Shown piece after piece: positions 29,989-39,744 of a stretch of 64,000 nt of DNA. The position numbers and the translations under genes are program-made. Source of the DNA: an uncultured Collinsella sp. (lineage in GTDB: Bacteria > Actinomycetota > Coriobacteriia > Coriobacteriales > Coriobacteriaceae); the NCBI GenBank assembly GCA_937980385.1, contig CALJPV010000005.1, positions 87,429 to 151,428 of the forward strand, given 5' to 3'. The notes beneath the pieces are model-generated. The model was not told the DNA's origin and searched no databases. It worked only from the letters and a program-made list of their open reading frames with translations. The stretch's first letter is position 1. Each line of letters begins with the position of its first letter.

Positions 29989-31212
29989 TTAGAAATCGAT
30001 GTCGGTGTCGTAGTAGCAGGCCTTGAGGATCTTCTCGAAGTCGGCAGCCTTGGTCTCACGCGGGTTCTCCGGCGTGCAGGCGTCGGTCTCGGCGTTCGCG
30101 GCGATCTCGGGCAGCTTGGCGAGGAACTCCTCCTCGGAAACCATCTGCGGGTTCTCGGCGTCGACCTTCACGCCGCCATTCGCGTAATCCTTGATGGACT
30201 GCGGAATGTTGAGCTGGTCGTTGAGGTCGCGAATCTTCTGGACGAGCGCGGCGATGAGCTCCTCGTTGGTCTCGCCGGGAAGGTGCAGGATCTCCTTGGC
30301 CACGTAAGCGTAACGCTCGGCAGCACGGGGATCCTTGGAGTTCCACTGGATAACCTTGCCCAGGTACATAGCGTTTGCGGCACCATGGATGATGTGACCG
30401 TTCTCGAAGGCAGCACCGGTCTTGTGAGCCATGGAGTGAACGATGCCGAGCAGGCCCGAGGAGAAGGCGATACCGGCGATGCACTGAGCCTCGTGCATGT
30501 GCTGACGGGCCTCATGGTCGCCAGCATAGGACTTGGGCAGCCACTCGACGATCTCGCGGATGCCGTGCAGAGCGTTGGCGTCGGTGAACATGGAAGCGCA
30601 GGTGGAAACGTAGGCCTCCATGCAGTGGGTCAGAGCGTCCATGCCGGTGTGAGCGCACAGCTTGGCGGGCATGGTGTAGGTGAGCTCGGGGTCGACGATG
30701 GCGACATCAGGGGTGATGTTGAAGTCGGCCAGCGGGTACTTGATGCCCTTGGCGTAGTCGGTAATGACGGAGAAGGCAGTGACCTCGGTAGCGGTACCGG
30801 AGGTAGAGGAGATGGCGCAGAAGTGAGCCTTCTGACGCAGCTCGGGGAAGCTGAACGGCTGGATGATGTTATCGAAGGACTCCTCGGGATACTCGTAGAA
30901 GACCCACATGGCCTTAGCGGCATCGATGGGCGAGCCGCCGCCGATGGCGATAATCCAGTCGGGCTCGAACTCGCGCATGGCCTCGGCGCCCTTCATGACC
31001 GTCTCGATGGACGGATCGGACTCGACGCCCTCGAACAGCTTGACCTCCATGCCGGCCTCTTTGAGGTCGGCCTCAACGTCCTGCAGGAACCCGCCACGGC
31101 GCATAGAGCTGCCGCCAGAAACGATGATGGCCTTCTTGCCCTTGAGGTTCTTCACCTCGTGGCGAGCGCCCTCACCAAAGTACAGATCACGAGGATTGGT
31201 AAAACGTCCCAT
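29989..31212 (-). CDS. iron-containing alcohol dehydrogenase (DhaT/FucO/lactaldehyde reductase-like)
   Basis: Start MGRFTNPRDLYFGEGA with AGGAGG RBS (ORF-track start 31263 rejected); GGGSPIDAAK motif; 407 aa. Confidence 0.8.
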   Translation of the reverse strand: MGRFTNPRDLYFGEGARHEVKNLKGKKAIIVSGGSSMRRGGFLQDVEADLKEAGMEVKLFEGVESDPSIETVMKGAEAMREFEPDWIIAIGGGSPIDAAKAMWVFYEYPEESFDNIIQPFSFPELRQKAHFCAISSTSGTATEVTAFSVITDYAKGIKYPLADFNITPDVAIVDPELTYTMPAKLCAHTGMDALTHCMEAYVSTCASMFTDANALHGIREIVEWLPKSYAGDHEARQHMHEAQCIAGIAFSSGLLGIVHSMAHKTGAAFENGHIIHGAANAMYLGKVIQWNSKDPRAAERYAYVAKEILHLPGETNEELIAALVQKIRDLNDQLNIPQSIKDYANGGVKVDAENPQMVSEEEFLAKLPEIAANAETDACTPENPRETKAADFEKILKACYYDTDIDF

Positions 31213-31712
31213 ACTGTGCCTCCTAAACAAGCCCCTCTTAGACTTGCGTATATAACGGAGCACCCGATTGGCTCCGTCAGGACCGTTTTGCGCGTTGCCG
31301 GCGATGACAATGCGCGATGTCTAAACGTCTCAACGCTCAGACAAACACTATTCTACCGTTCTGGTTGGTCAGTTATTCACCTAAAGCCGACAATGATGAA
31401 ACGTTTTTTCTATCCCTGAAGACCCTTGTGGGGCATTCATACTCCCAAGCTGGGCAAACGTTTTATCAAGGTTGCCCACATATCCCGGGCAGGACTGTGC
31501 CCCTCCAAAATGCGCCCCGTTCGCCGCCAAAAATCGACCGTTTGCGGCACCGTGATACCACTCAGTCGTCCAAGGTGCCGACATTTGTGCGACATCCGTC
31601 TTCGTGGTGCAAAGGTGCATGTCCAAGTGCGGCACCCCCCGTGTGCCACATGCGGGTAAACTAGAACCTTATATAGAGACATTTGAACCCTAACCGCAGC
31701 AAAGGAGGCCCC

Positions 31713-32789
31713 ATGGCATTCGATCCCATTCAAGAGGATTGCCATCGCCTCGTTCTTGAGGCCTTGCGCCGCGACAATATCCCGCTCACCGACGGTGCCG
31801 CCGTAGAGCGTCTGATGGAACAATTCACCCGCAACCCCGCGCCGCTCATCGTGCACGACCGCGACCGCGCCGGGCACCTCATTGCCAAGGTGGTCGAGGC
31901 TGTCGACTACCGCATTCCCTTTATCCCTGACGATACCCAGGCAGAGCAAGAAGAGGCCGCTGCCGAGAACATGCTTCGCGAGGCAGCCGCGCTCGACCCC
32001 ACCAACTGGGATGCCCAGCGCATGCTGGCCGCCCTCACCGCCAACTCCAACGAGGAGTACGTACAGTACCTGGTATCCAAGCGCGATGAAGTCGAGCACG
32101 ACCTGGCACTCAAGATCGCCTCGGCGCAGGACCCCTACGAGCGTGAGGCCGCAGGCGACCTTATGCGCCGCCCCTACCTGCGCTGGCTTGCCGCCCTTGC
32201 GTCGCGCGCCCTCATTAGCGGCCGCTATCGCATGTCGCTCGAAGCCGCAAACTGCAGCCTCGACTTTGCCCCCAACGATCCGGCCGGCGTCCGTCACACC
32301 GCGATGCTCGCCATGGCGAAGCTCGAATACCCCGCCGAGGAGCTCAAGCGCTTTCGCTCTGCCCACTCCGTCCCCTATCTCACCAACACGCCGCTACGCC
32401 GTCGTCCCAAGGACGCGGAGCGCGACTTGGACCCATGGACGCTCATCGCGCTGATGAGCGCTGCCTGGCGCGAGCTGGACTACGAGGGTGCCGAGCACTA
32501 CTTGCGCATCCTTGCACGCTCGTGCCCACACGCAGCCGAGGCGCTCTATTTCCAAACCGAGTTTCCCGATGGCGTCTATGCCCGCGTCAACGTGGGCGTG
32601 GGCTCCACCGACGAGCTTGTCCTTGCGCTGTCCGAGGCGACGCCGGTACTGCAAGAGGGCTTGGGCGCCCCCGACAACGCCAGCTTTGCCGCCTGGGTCG
32701 CCACCAACGATATCGTGCGTTCCCAGATTGACGAGCGCATCCTGCGGGCGGCCGAGCAGGGCCTGCCGTTTAAGGGAGGAGACCTCTAA
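31713..32789 (+). CDS. hypothetical helical protein (unknown function)
   Basis: AAGGAGG RBS; 358 aa acidic alpha-helical; stop TAA overlaps next ATG (TAATG). Confidence 0.6.
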   Translation: MAFDPIQEDCHRLVLEALRRDNIPLTDGAAVERLMEQFTRNPAPLIVHDRDRAGHLIAKVVEAVDYRIPFIPDDTQAEQEEAAAENMLREAAALDPTNWDAQRMLAALTANSNEEYVQYLVSKRDEVEHDLALKIASAQDPYEREAAGDLMRRPYLRWLAALASRALISGRYRMSLEAANCSLDFAPNDPAGVRHTAMLAMAKLEYPAEELKRFRSAHSVPYLTNTPLRRRPKDAERDLDPWTLIALMSAAWRELDYEGAEHYLRILARSCPHAAEALYFQTEFPDGVYARVNVGVGSTDELVLALSEATPVLQEGLGAPDNASFAAWVATNDIVRSQIDERILRAAEQGLPFKGGDL

Positions 32790-33832
32790 TGGATCCGAGC
32801 GTCTACATCCCCGCCTACCTGGAGCGCGCCTACCTTGCGTCGCACCCCGAACTCACCGATGCAGCACGCGAGCTTGTCCATAACGACGTGAGCGTCAACC
32901 CTCATAAGTATGCGCAGACCGAGCATGCCCAGGCACTGCTGTCCTATGCAGGCGTCCACCGCCACCTGCTCGACGAGCTCCATCGCATCGAGGACATGGG
33001 CAGCGACGAGGAGTTTGAACAGACGCGCAACCACCTGTTCGACGATACGCGCGATGAGCTGCTCAAGATCGTCCGCGTCGACGCGCTGGCCGTCGATGCC
33101 CAGCTGCTCGCCATCATTTTGGCGGACACGCCCGTCGACGCCTGTCTGGGCGACCTGATGAAACTCGAGGCGACCACGACCGATTACCTGCAGCAAAGCG
33201 TGCCCGGGTTCGACATGGAGGCCCCGCACTACTGGGCCAACAAGGTGCTGGCAGACGGCGTGACGGCGGCCGATCTCACCGTAAGCGAGCCGGCTCTTAT
33301 CGGGTGGCTCCACACGCTCGAGGCCATCTCGCAGCTGTGCATGGCGAGCGCTCGCTACCGTGCTGCCGCCAACTACGCCCGCCGCGTCCTTAAGGCGGAA
33401 GGCTATCCCACCCGAGCTGCAGGCACCGTGCTACTCGCCCTCGCTCGCCTAGAAGACGAGGACGGCTTTTTTGCCCTGGCCCACCAGCTCGAGGAGCAGA
33501 TGGGGGCCGATACCCTCGAGAACTCCCCCTGGTACCTGCTCGCCCGCACGATCTTGCTGTTCAAAACGAACAAAATGCGCCCGGCGACACGCGCGCTGCG
33601 TGAGTTTGCCAACCGCTGCGAGGGCGGCGCGTTCTTTTTGCTGAACCCCATGTATCAGACGCCGTATCTTCCCTGCCGGCCCGAACCGCACGACCCCTGG
33701 GACCTTTCGCATCAGGCAGTTTGGGAGGCCGACGGCATCATCTCGGATACTCCCGACTTTGCCCCCTGGGCCAGCGCTTGCGAAGACGTATCGCAGCTTG
33801 CCCAGGAATTTGCGCGCCGCTACGGCTTTTAA
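32789..33832 (+). CDS. hypothetical helical protein, translationally coupled to upstream gene
   Basis: 347 aa; similar composition and architecture to the upstream protein; 45 nt upstream of murT-gatD. Confidence 0.6.
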   Translation: MDPSVYIPAYLERAYLASHPELTDAARELVHNDVSVNPHKYAQTEHAQALLSYAGVHRHLLDELHRIEDMGSDEEFEQTRNHLFDDTRDELLKIVRVDALAVDAQLLAIILADTPVDACLGDLMKLEATTTDYLQQSVPGFDMEAPHYWANKVLADGVTAADLTVSEPALIGWLHTLEAISQLCMASARYRAAANYARRVLKAEGYPTRAAGTVLLALARLEDEDGFFALAHQLEEQMGADTLENSPWYLLARTILLFKTNKMRPATRALREFANRCEGGAFFLLNPMYQTPYLPCRPEPHDPWDLSHQAVWEADGIISDTPDFAPWASACEDVSQLAQEFARRYGF

Positions 33833-33877
33833 CGGCACAAACGTCACGACCATGTCATTCACGTTAGGAACGGCTTC

Positions 33878-36055
33878 ATGAACTTCCGCTCATCTCTCGC
33901 CTGCACCTCGAGCGATATCGCCCGCTGGGGACTGCGCTCCGTCCTTAAGCGCCAGGGCGGCGTACTCCCCGGCCGTATCGCCATGAAGATCGACCCCGAG
34001 CTGCTAAGCGACCTCGCGGGCCTTGTCGACCGCAGCGTGGTGATCACCGGCACCAACGGCAAGACCACCACCTCCAACCTCATCGCCGATGCCGTTGCCG
34101 CCAGCGGCGCCACCGTGGTATGCAACCGTGCCGGAAACAACATGGAGCCGGGCGTGGTGGGCGCGTTGCTCGAGGCGCGCGGCAACCTTAAGCGAACCGC
34201 CAGCAGCAAGCGCGTAGGCGTCTTTGAGTGCGACGAGCTCTACACGGTGCGCGTCCTGCCCAAGCTCAAGCCGACCTACTTTGTGCTGCTCAACCTGTTC
34301 CGCGACCAGCTGGACCGCTACGGTGAGATCGACCACACCCAGGACGTCATCGCCCACGCGCTGGAGCTTTCGCCGACAACGACGCTCATCTATAACGCCG
34401 ACGACCCGCTGTGCGCCGCGATCGCCGCGCGCGTTCCCAATGCAAGCATCGCCTTTGGCATCGACGGCGCCACCGACACCGAGTCCGATCGCATTAGCGA
34501 CTCGCGCTTTTGCTCGCAGTGCAACACCCCGTTGGAGTACGACTACGTGCAATACGGCCAGCTCGGCGCCTATCATTGTCCTTCGTGCGGCTGGAGTCGT
34601 CCCGCGCTGGTCCGTCGCGTGACAGGCGTTGAGCTCACCTGCAGTGGCTACGGCTTTGACCTGAACTTTGGACCCGATACCGACGCACCTGCAACGCACA
34701 TCGTCACGCGCTACAACGGCCTGTACATGGTCTACAACGTTGCCGCCGCCTTCTTTGCGGCGCGCGAGCTGGGCGGGGACGCGGCGCATCTGCAGCCCAC
34801 GCTCGATGCCTACGTCCCCGCCGGCGGACGCATGGGCCGCTGGGAGATCGCCGGCCGCACCGTCGAGGCAAACCTGGCCAAAAATCCCGTGGGCTTCGAT
34901 CGCCAGATCCAGTCCATTAAAACGGCAGGCGGCAGGCTCTGCGCCTTCTTCCTGAACGACAACGACGCCGACGGCCACGATGTCTCGTGGATCTACGACG
35001 TCGACTTCGAGCGCATCGCCGACACCCCAGGGCTTGTCGCCTTTGCCGGAGGTACGCGCGCGCACGATATGCAGGTACGCCTGAAGTACGCCGGCATCGA
35101 CGCCGCCATCATCGCGAATATCGAGCAGGCGATCGGCGCCGTGGCAGACGAGGAGGCTGGCGACACTTTCTACGCCGTCGCCAACTACACGGCCTTCCCG
35201 CCACTGGTCAAGGAGCTCGACGAGCTTAAGGGCGCCGATGCGAGCTCGGTTGCCTCCCACGCCGCAACGCGCACCGATGGCAGCGCTGTCCCCACCGATA
35301 TTGCGCCGGTCGAGCTCTCGCGCCCCCTGCGCATCGTCTACCTGTATCCCGATGCCCTCAACCTCTATGGCGACGGCGGCAACGTCATTGCCCTCGAGCG
35401 CCGCTGCGCCTGGCGCGGCATTCCCGTGCGTGTGGATGAGGTCCGTATGGGCGAGTCGCTCGATCTCACCGACGCCGACATCGTTATGATGGGCGGTGGC
35501 TCCGACCGCGATCAGCTTGCCGTGGCAAACGAGCTGTTCGCTCAAAAAGACAAGGTTGCGGCCTATGTTGAGGATGGCGGCTCGCTGCTCGCCATCTGCG
35601 GCAGCTATCAGCTGCTCGGCCGTTCGTACTATATGGGTGAGAATCGCATCGAGGGCCTGGGCGTCATTGCCGCCGAGACCGTGCGCGGCTCCGATCGCCT
35701 GATCGGCAACGTCGCCGTCAAGACCGACCTGGCACCCGAGCCCTTTGTGGGATTTGAGAATCACGGCGGCCGCACCCTGCTCGATGCAGAGGCCACGCCG
35801 CTCGGAACGTCTGTCGTCACGGGCACCGGCAACAACGGCGACGATGGCTTTGAGGGTCTCATCTACAAGGGCGTCATCGGCACGTACCTACACGGACCGG
35901 CACTGCCCAAGAACCCCGAGCTCGCCGACTGGCTCATCGCCCACGCTCTCGAGCACCGTGGCGATGCACAGACCACCGCCCTGCTGCCGCTCAAACCCCT
36001 CGACGACGCTTACGAGCACGCTGCCCACGACGCCGCCATGAAGCTCCTCCCCTAA
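33878..36055 (+). CDS. murT-gatD: fused lipid II isoglutaminyl synthase: MurT (Mur ligase-like) N-terminal ~470 aa plus GatD (class-I glutamine amidotransferase) C-terminal ~240 aa
   Basis: N-part aligns to S. aureus MurT (GTNGKTTTSNLI, FRDQLDRYGEIDH, YDYVQYGQLGAYHCPSCGW, DGHDVSWIYDVDFE); C-part aligns to GatD (LNLYGDGGNVIAL, MGGGSDRDQ, ICGSYQLLG, GFENHGGRT, GTYLHGPALPKN); single uninterrupted 725-aa ORF. Confidence 0.85.
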   Translation: MNFRSSLACTSSDIARWGLRSVLKRQGGVLPGRIAMKIDPELLSDLAGLVDRSVVITGTNGKTTTSNLIADAVAASGATVVCNRAGNNMEPGVVGALLEARGNLKRTASSKRVGVFECDELYTVRVLPKLKPTYFVLLNLFRDQLDRYGEIDHTQDVIAHALELSPTTTLIYNADDPLCAAIAARVPNASIAFGIDGATDTESDRISDSRFCSQCNTPLEYDYVQYGQLGAYHCPSCGWSRPALVRRVTGVELTCSGYGFDLNFGPDTDAPATHIVTRYNGLYMVYNVAAAFFAARELGGDAAHLQPTLDAYVPAGGRMGRWEIAGRTVEANLAKNPVGFDRQIQSIKTAGGRLCAFFLNDNDADGHDVSWIYDVDFERIADTPGLVAFAGGTRAHDMQVRLKYAGIDAAIIANIEQAIGAVADEEAGDTFYAVANYTAFPPLVKELDELKGADASSVASHAATRTDGSAVPTDIAPVELSRPLRIVYLYPDALNLYGDGGNVIALERRCAWRGIPVRVDEVRMGESLDLTDADIVMMGGGSDRDQLAVANELFAQKDKVAAYVEDGGSLLAICGSYQLLGRSYYMGENRIEGLGVIAAETVRGSDRLIGNVAVKTDLAPEPFVGFENHGGRTLLDAEATPLGTSVVTGTGNNGDDGFEGLIYKGVIGTYLHGPALPKNPELADWLIAHALEHRGDAQTTALLPLKPLDDAYEHAAHDAAMKLLP

Positions 36056-36062
36056 CGCCCCG

Positions 36063-36105
36063 CCACCACAAAGGGGACAGGCACCTTTGTGGTGGTTTTG
36101 ACCTG
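36063..36105 (+). terminator. rho-independent terminator after murT-gatD
   Basis: CCACCACAAAGG...CCTTTGTGGTGG hairpin then TTTTG. Confidence 0.7.
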
Positions 36106-36114
36106 CCACGGCAG

Positions 36115-36254
36115 TTTGTCTCAATCTGTAACATCTAGACCGTTAAAAGTCGTCTTACTGTTACAGAACGAGATGTTCGTCCCGACGCCCGCCGTTTGTC
36201 TCGATCTGTAACAGATAGAGCCGATTTGCCTGCCCAGATGTTACAGATTGAGAT
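36115..36254. repeat. array of four copies of a 16-20-nt motif (GTTTGTCTCRATCTGTAACA) in alternating orientation forming two long hairpins
   Basis: Copies at 36115-36134 (+), 36159-36174 (rc), 36195-36214 (+), 36239-36254 (rc); also a TGTGGTGGTTTT direct repeat at 36091 and 36286. Confidence 0.7.
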
Positions 36255-36354
36255 ATTTGAAAATCAGGATAGGGAGCCAGCTCCTGTGTGGTGGTTTTCC
36301 AGTTTGCCAACGATATACGCGCCGGCAAAAAAGTCTGCTATACTCTTTCCCGCT

Positions 36355-36431
36355 GTCCCCATCGTCTAGCGGCCAAGGACGCCACCCTTTCAAGGTGGAT
36401 ACCGCGGGTTCGAATCCCGCTGGGGGCACCA
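36355..36431 (+). tRNA. tRNA-Glu (anticodon TTC), CCA encoded
   Basis: Cloverleaf by eye: acceptor GTCCCCA/TGGGGGC, anticodon loop CTTTCAA, T-arm GGTTCGAATCC; TATACT -10 box ~8 nt upstream. Confidence 0.85.
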
Positions 36432-36442
36432 CAGAATCTGAG

Positions 36443-36475
36443 AAGCCCGTTACCAATTCGGTAGCGGGCTTTTTG
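36443..36475 (+). terminator. terminator hairpin after tRNA-Glu
   Basis: AAGCCCGTTACC / GGTAGCGGGCTT stem, TTTTT. Confidence 0.7.
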
Positions 36476-36602
36476 CTACCCATGCGCCGGGATTCGAACC
36501 CGACAGGGTGCGGAGCTGAGGAAACGCGCAAGCGTTTTCCAGCGCAGCACGCGAGGAGCGGAGCGACGCAGCGGAAGCGAGCGGCGGAAGCCGCACGCGG
36601 AC

Positions 36603-36620
36603 ATCCCGCTGGGGGCACCA
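36603..36620 (+). repeat. 18-nt exact duplicate of the tRNA-Glu 3' end (ATCCCGCTGGGGGCACCA)
   Basis: Identical to 36414-36431; intervening 171 nt contain a tRNA T-arm-like GGGATTCGAACCC fragment and GC-rich simple repeats. Confidence 0.8.
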
Positions 36621-36632
36621 ACTCAAAAATGT

Positions 36633-36675
36633 ACGAACCCGCCGGATGTAAGGTCCGACGGGTTCGTTCTTTTTG
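36633..36675. terminator. bidirectional rho-independent terminator
   Basis: ACGAACCCG...CGGGTTCGT stem with T-tracts on both strands; downstream of minus-strand gene 36711-37472. Confidence 0.65.
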
Positions 36676-36710
36676 CCGTTATAAAACGAAAAATACTCAA
36701 TGCCCTTGCG

Positions 36711-37472
36711 CTAGATAAACAGCTCGCACTCCTTCCGCTCGGCACAGGCTTTGCTCAACATCTTGGTAGCCGCAGAGAGCATGATGGGGTTTACCGCGCG
36801 GGCGGCATGCAGACATACGGCGACACAGCGCATGCAAGAGATGCAGGCCTTTTTGTCCACCCGCTTGGGATCGTCTTTATCGATAGCGCCAACAGGGCAC
36901 GCTGCGGCACAAGCCCCGCAAGCGGTGCACTCTTTTGTGGCCTTGGGCACCATACCGGCGCCCCCGGCCTTCTTATAGGGACGATTGCCCGGAATAGCCG
37001 GCTCAGAAGCATCTCCTGCAGATATCTTTTGCTGAATCTGATTCGCAAACCCAGCGAGCTGCGCCGCGTCCTGTGGGTCTGGCCGACCGGCTGCAAACTG
37101 GCGAACAATAGAATGCTCGGCGATGGCAGAAACCGCCGCGATCACCCGAAAGCCCGCGCCCTTTGCCGCATCCTCAAGCTCGACCAGCGTGTCCTCATAC
37201 GCGCGGTTTCCGTAAACACAAACCAGAACCGCCTGCGCACCGTTTCCCCGCATCATACCCAAGCGCTCCGCAGCCACAGCCGGGACTCGCCCGCCATACG
37301 AGGGCACCGCGATCACGGCTACATCCTCTTTTGTCATCGCAACTGTGCGAAAACCAAGCCCGCTATCGGTCAGATCTACAGCAACGGTTTCCCCTTCCAA
37401 CGCATTGGCAATGTAGCCAGACGCCTTTTCCGTTCCGCCGGTCGGGCTAAACACGATATCGAATACCTTCAT
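36711..37472 (-). CDS. flavodoxin-like domain fused to 4Fe-4S ferredoxin domain (EFR1-family ferredoxin)
   Basis: Start MKVFDIVFSPTGGTEKA with AAGGGGAGG RBS (ORF-track start 37637 rejected); C-terminal CTACGACAAACP...CISCMRCVAVCL; 253 aa. Confidence 0.75.
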   Translation of the reverse strand: MKVFDIVFSPTGGTEKASGYIANALEGETVAVDLTDSGLGFRTVAMTKEDVAVIAVPSYGGRVPAVAAERLGMMRGNGAQAVLVCVYGNRAYEDTLVELEDAAKGAGFRVIAAVSAIAEHSIVRQFAAGRPDPQDAAQLAGFANQIQQKISAGDASEPAIPGNRPYKKAGGAGMVPKATKECTACGACAAACPVGAIDKDDPKRVDKKACISCMRCVAVCLHAARAVNPIMLSAATKMLSKACAERKECELFI

Positions 37473-37656
37473 CGGATCATCCTCCCCTTTATGAACAAAC
37501 GCCCGAAACGTCCGCGTGCCAAAACAGGTTACAACTTTCAAGATGCCCCGCGCGAAACGCCCGCTCGGCTGCAAGTTCAAAGCAGGTCCGAGCGACATAA
37601 AAAGAAGGGGCCTCGCACTGGCGAGACCCCTTCGCACGCAAAATCAAACGCGTCTG

Positions 37657-39744
37657 TTACACATAGAACAGGATGTCGTCGTAGGTCGGGACCGGCCAGT
37701 AGTCGGCGGCCACGATCTCCTCCATGGCATCCACGGCGGCGCGCAGCGTATCCATAGCGGGAACGACCTCGTGTGCATACACGTTGGCCTGCTCCTGACC
37801 ATCGAGGGCTTCGGCCTTTTGATGCACGGCGTCGAGCGCCTTGATGGAGTCGTTGATGGTGGTGATACCGTTGCAGAGCTTGTTGAGCGTGTTCTGCTCG
37901 CACTGCATGGCGGCCTCGGCACCGGCGGCACGAATAGTCTCAAGGCCCTTAGCGACCTTGGTGGCATAGGCGGTAATGACCGGGCGATAGGTGCGACGCG
38001 CCTCGCGAACCATCGTGGTGGCCTCGATGTTCATGAGCTTGTTGTACTTCTCGAGCTTGCAGTCGTAGCGGCACTGGGCCTCGGCCTTGGTCAGGACACC
38101 CGTCTCCTCAAAGAGCGCAATGGCCTTATCGGAAACAAAGGCGGGCAGGGCGTCGGCCGTGGTCTTGTTGTTGGCAAGGCCGCGCTTCTCGGCCTCAACG
38201 GGCCACTCGTCGGAGTAGCCATCGCCGGAAAAGAGGATGCGCTGGTGGTCGGTCAGGACCTTCTTGCAGTACTCGAGCGCAGCGTCCTGGAACTCATCCT
38301 CGGGCGTACCCTCAAGCGCGTCGGCGAAGGACTTGAGCGACTTGGCCACGGCGGCATCGAGCACCAAGTTGGAGTCGGAGACGTTCTGCTCGGAGCCGCA
38401 GGCACGGAACTCAAACTTGTTGCCGGTGAAGGCAAACGGGGAGGTGCGGTTGCGGTCGGTGTTGTCCTGCATCAGCTTGGGCAGGGTATCGGCGCCCAGG
38501 TCGAGCACGCCGCGCGTGGCATGGACGGAAGCCTTGCCATCGATGATCTTCTCGACGACCTCGGTAAGCTGGTCGCCCAGGAAGATGGACATAATCGCCG
38601 GAGGAGCCTCGTTGGCGCCCAGACGATGGTCGTTGCCGGCCGAGGCAACGGAGGCACGCAGGAGCTCCTGATAGTTATCGACGGCCTCGATCACCGCGGT
38701 GAGGAAGACGATGAACTGCAGGTTGTCGAGCGGGGTGTCGCCCGGATCGAGCAGATTCTCGGACTCGGTGCCAAGCGACCAGTTGTTGTGCTTGCCCGAA
38801 CCGTTAATGCCCTCGAAGGGCTTCTCGTGCAGCAGGCAGACCAAGTCGTGGCGGGAGGCGATGAGCTTCATCTTCTCCATCATGACCAGATTCTGGTCGA
38901 TGGCCTCGTTGACCTCGCCATAGACCGGTGCGAGCTCATGCTGGCAGGGAGCGACCTCGTTGTGCTTGGTCTTGGCGGGAATGCCAAGCGCCCACAGTTC
39001 ATCGTCCAGGTCCTTCATATAGGCCGAGACGGTGGGGCGGATAGCGCCAAAGTAGTGCTCCTCGAGCTCCTGGCCCTTGCAGGGAGCAGCACCAAAGAGG
39101 GTGCGGCCGGTGATGACCAGGTCCTTGCGCTTGCGGTAAGCGTCCTTCTTGATCAGGAAGTACTCCTGCTCGTCACCCACGGAAGGAACGACCTTCTTGG
39201 GGGTCTTGCCAAACAGCGCCAAAACGCGCTTGGACTCACGCGAGAGCGCGGTCATGGAGCGCAGCAGCGGGGTCTTCTTGTCCAGGGCCTCGCCCGTGTA
39301 GGAGCAGAAAGCCGTGGGGATGCACAGGACATCGTCCTTAATGAAGGCGGGGCTAGTGGGGTCCCAAGCGGTGTAGCCACGGGCCTCGAAGGTAGCACGC
39401 AGGCCACCGTTGGGGAAGCTCGAGGCATCGGGCTCGCCCTGGATGAGGTTCTTGCCCGTAAACTTGGTAATGGCGGTGCCGTCGTGGTTGGGCTCCAGGA
39501 AGCTGTCGTGCTTCTCGGAAGTAATGCCCGAAAGCGGCTGGAACCAGTGCGCGTAGTGCGTCGCGCCCTTGGAGATGGCCCAGACCTTCATGGCGTGGGC
39601 AACGGCGTTGGCCACATCCAGGTCGAGCGGCTCACCGCCCTCGAGGGTTGCAGCAAGGCGCTTCCAAATGTCCTTGGGGAGGTAGTCCTTCATGACTTCC
39701 TCAGAGAACACCATGGTCCCGAAGCGGTCAGTAAGTTCGGCCAT
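37657..39744 (-). CDS. glnN: glutamine synthetase type III
   Basis: ~695 aa, GSIII-length, start [30 protein letters not shown] with AAGGGAG RBS; conserved GSIII N-terminal and catalytic regions. Confidence 0.8.
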   Translation of the reverse strand: MAELTDRFGTMVFSEEVMKDYLPKDIWKRLAATLEGGEPLDLDVANAVAHAMKVWAISKGATHYAHWFQPLSGITSEKHDSFLEPNHDGTAITKFTGKNLIQGEPDASSFPNGGLRATFEARGYTAWDPTSPAFIKDDVLCIPTAFCSYTGEALDKKTPLLRSMTALSRESKRVLALFGKTPKKVVPSVGDEQEYFLIKKDAYRKRKDLVITGRTLFGAAPCKGQELEEHYFGAIRPTVSAYMKDLDDELWALGIPAKTKHNEVAPCQHELAPVYGEVNEAIDQNLVMMEKMKLIASRHDLVCLLHEKPFEGINGSGKHNNWSLGTESENLLDPGDTPLDNLQFIVFLTAVIEAVDNYQELLRASVASAGNDHRLGANEAPPAIMSIFLGDQLTEVVEKIIDGKASVHATRGVLDLGADTLPKLMQDNTDRNRTSPFAFTGNKFEFRACGSEQNVSDSNLVLDAAVAKSLKSFADALEGTPEDEFQDAALEYCKKVLTDHQRILFSGDGYSDEWPVEAEKRGLANNKTTADALPAFVSDKAIALFEETGVLTKAEAQCRYDCKLEKYNKLMNIEATTMVREARRTYRPVITAYATKVAKGLETIRAAGAEAAMQCEQNTLNKLCNGITTINDSIKALDAVHQKAEALDGQEQANVYAHEVVPAMDTLRAAVDAMEEIVAADYWPVPTYDDILFYV

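Noticed and set aside
34004-35764. 586-aa minus-strand ORF
   Set aside because: Antisense to murT-gatD, which has clear homology.
36476-36560. Possible second tRNA (GGGATTCGAACCC T-arm-like motif on minus strand)
   Set aside because: No complementary acceptor strand, no plausible anticodon arm and no CCA/discriminator context; treated as a tRNA-like fragment, not a gene.
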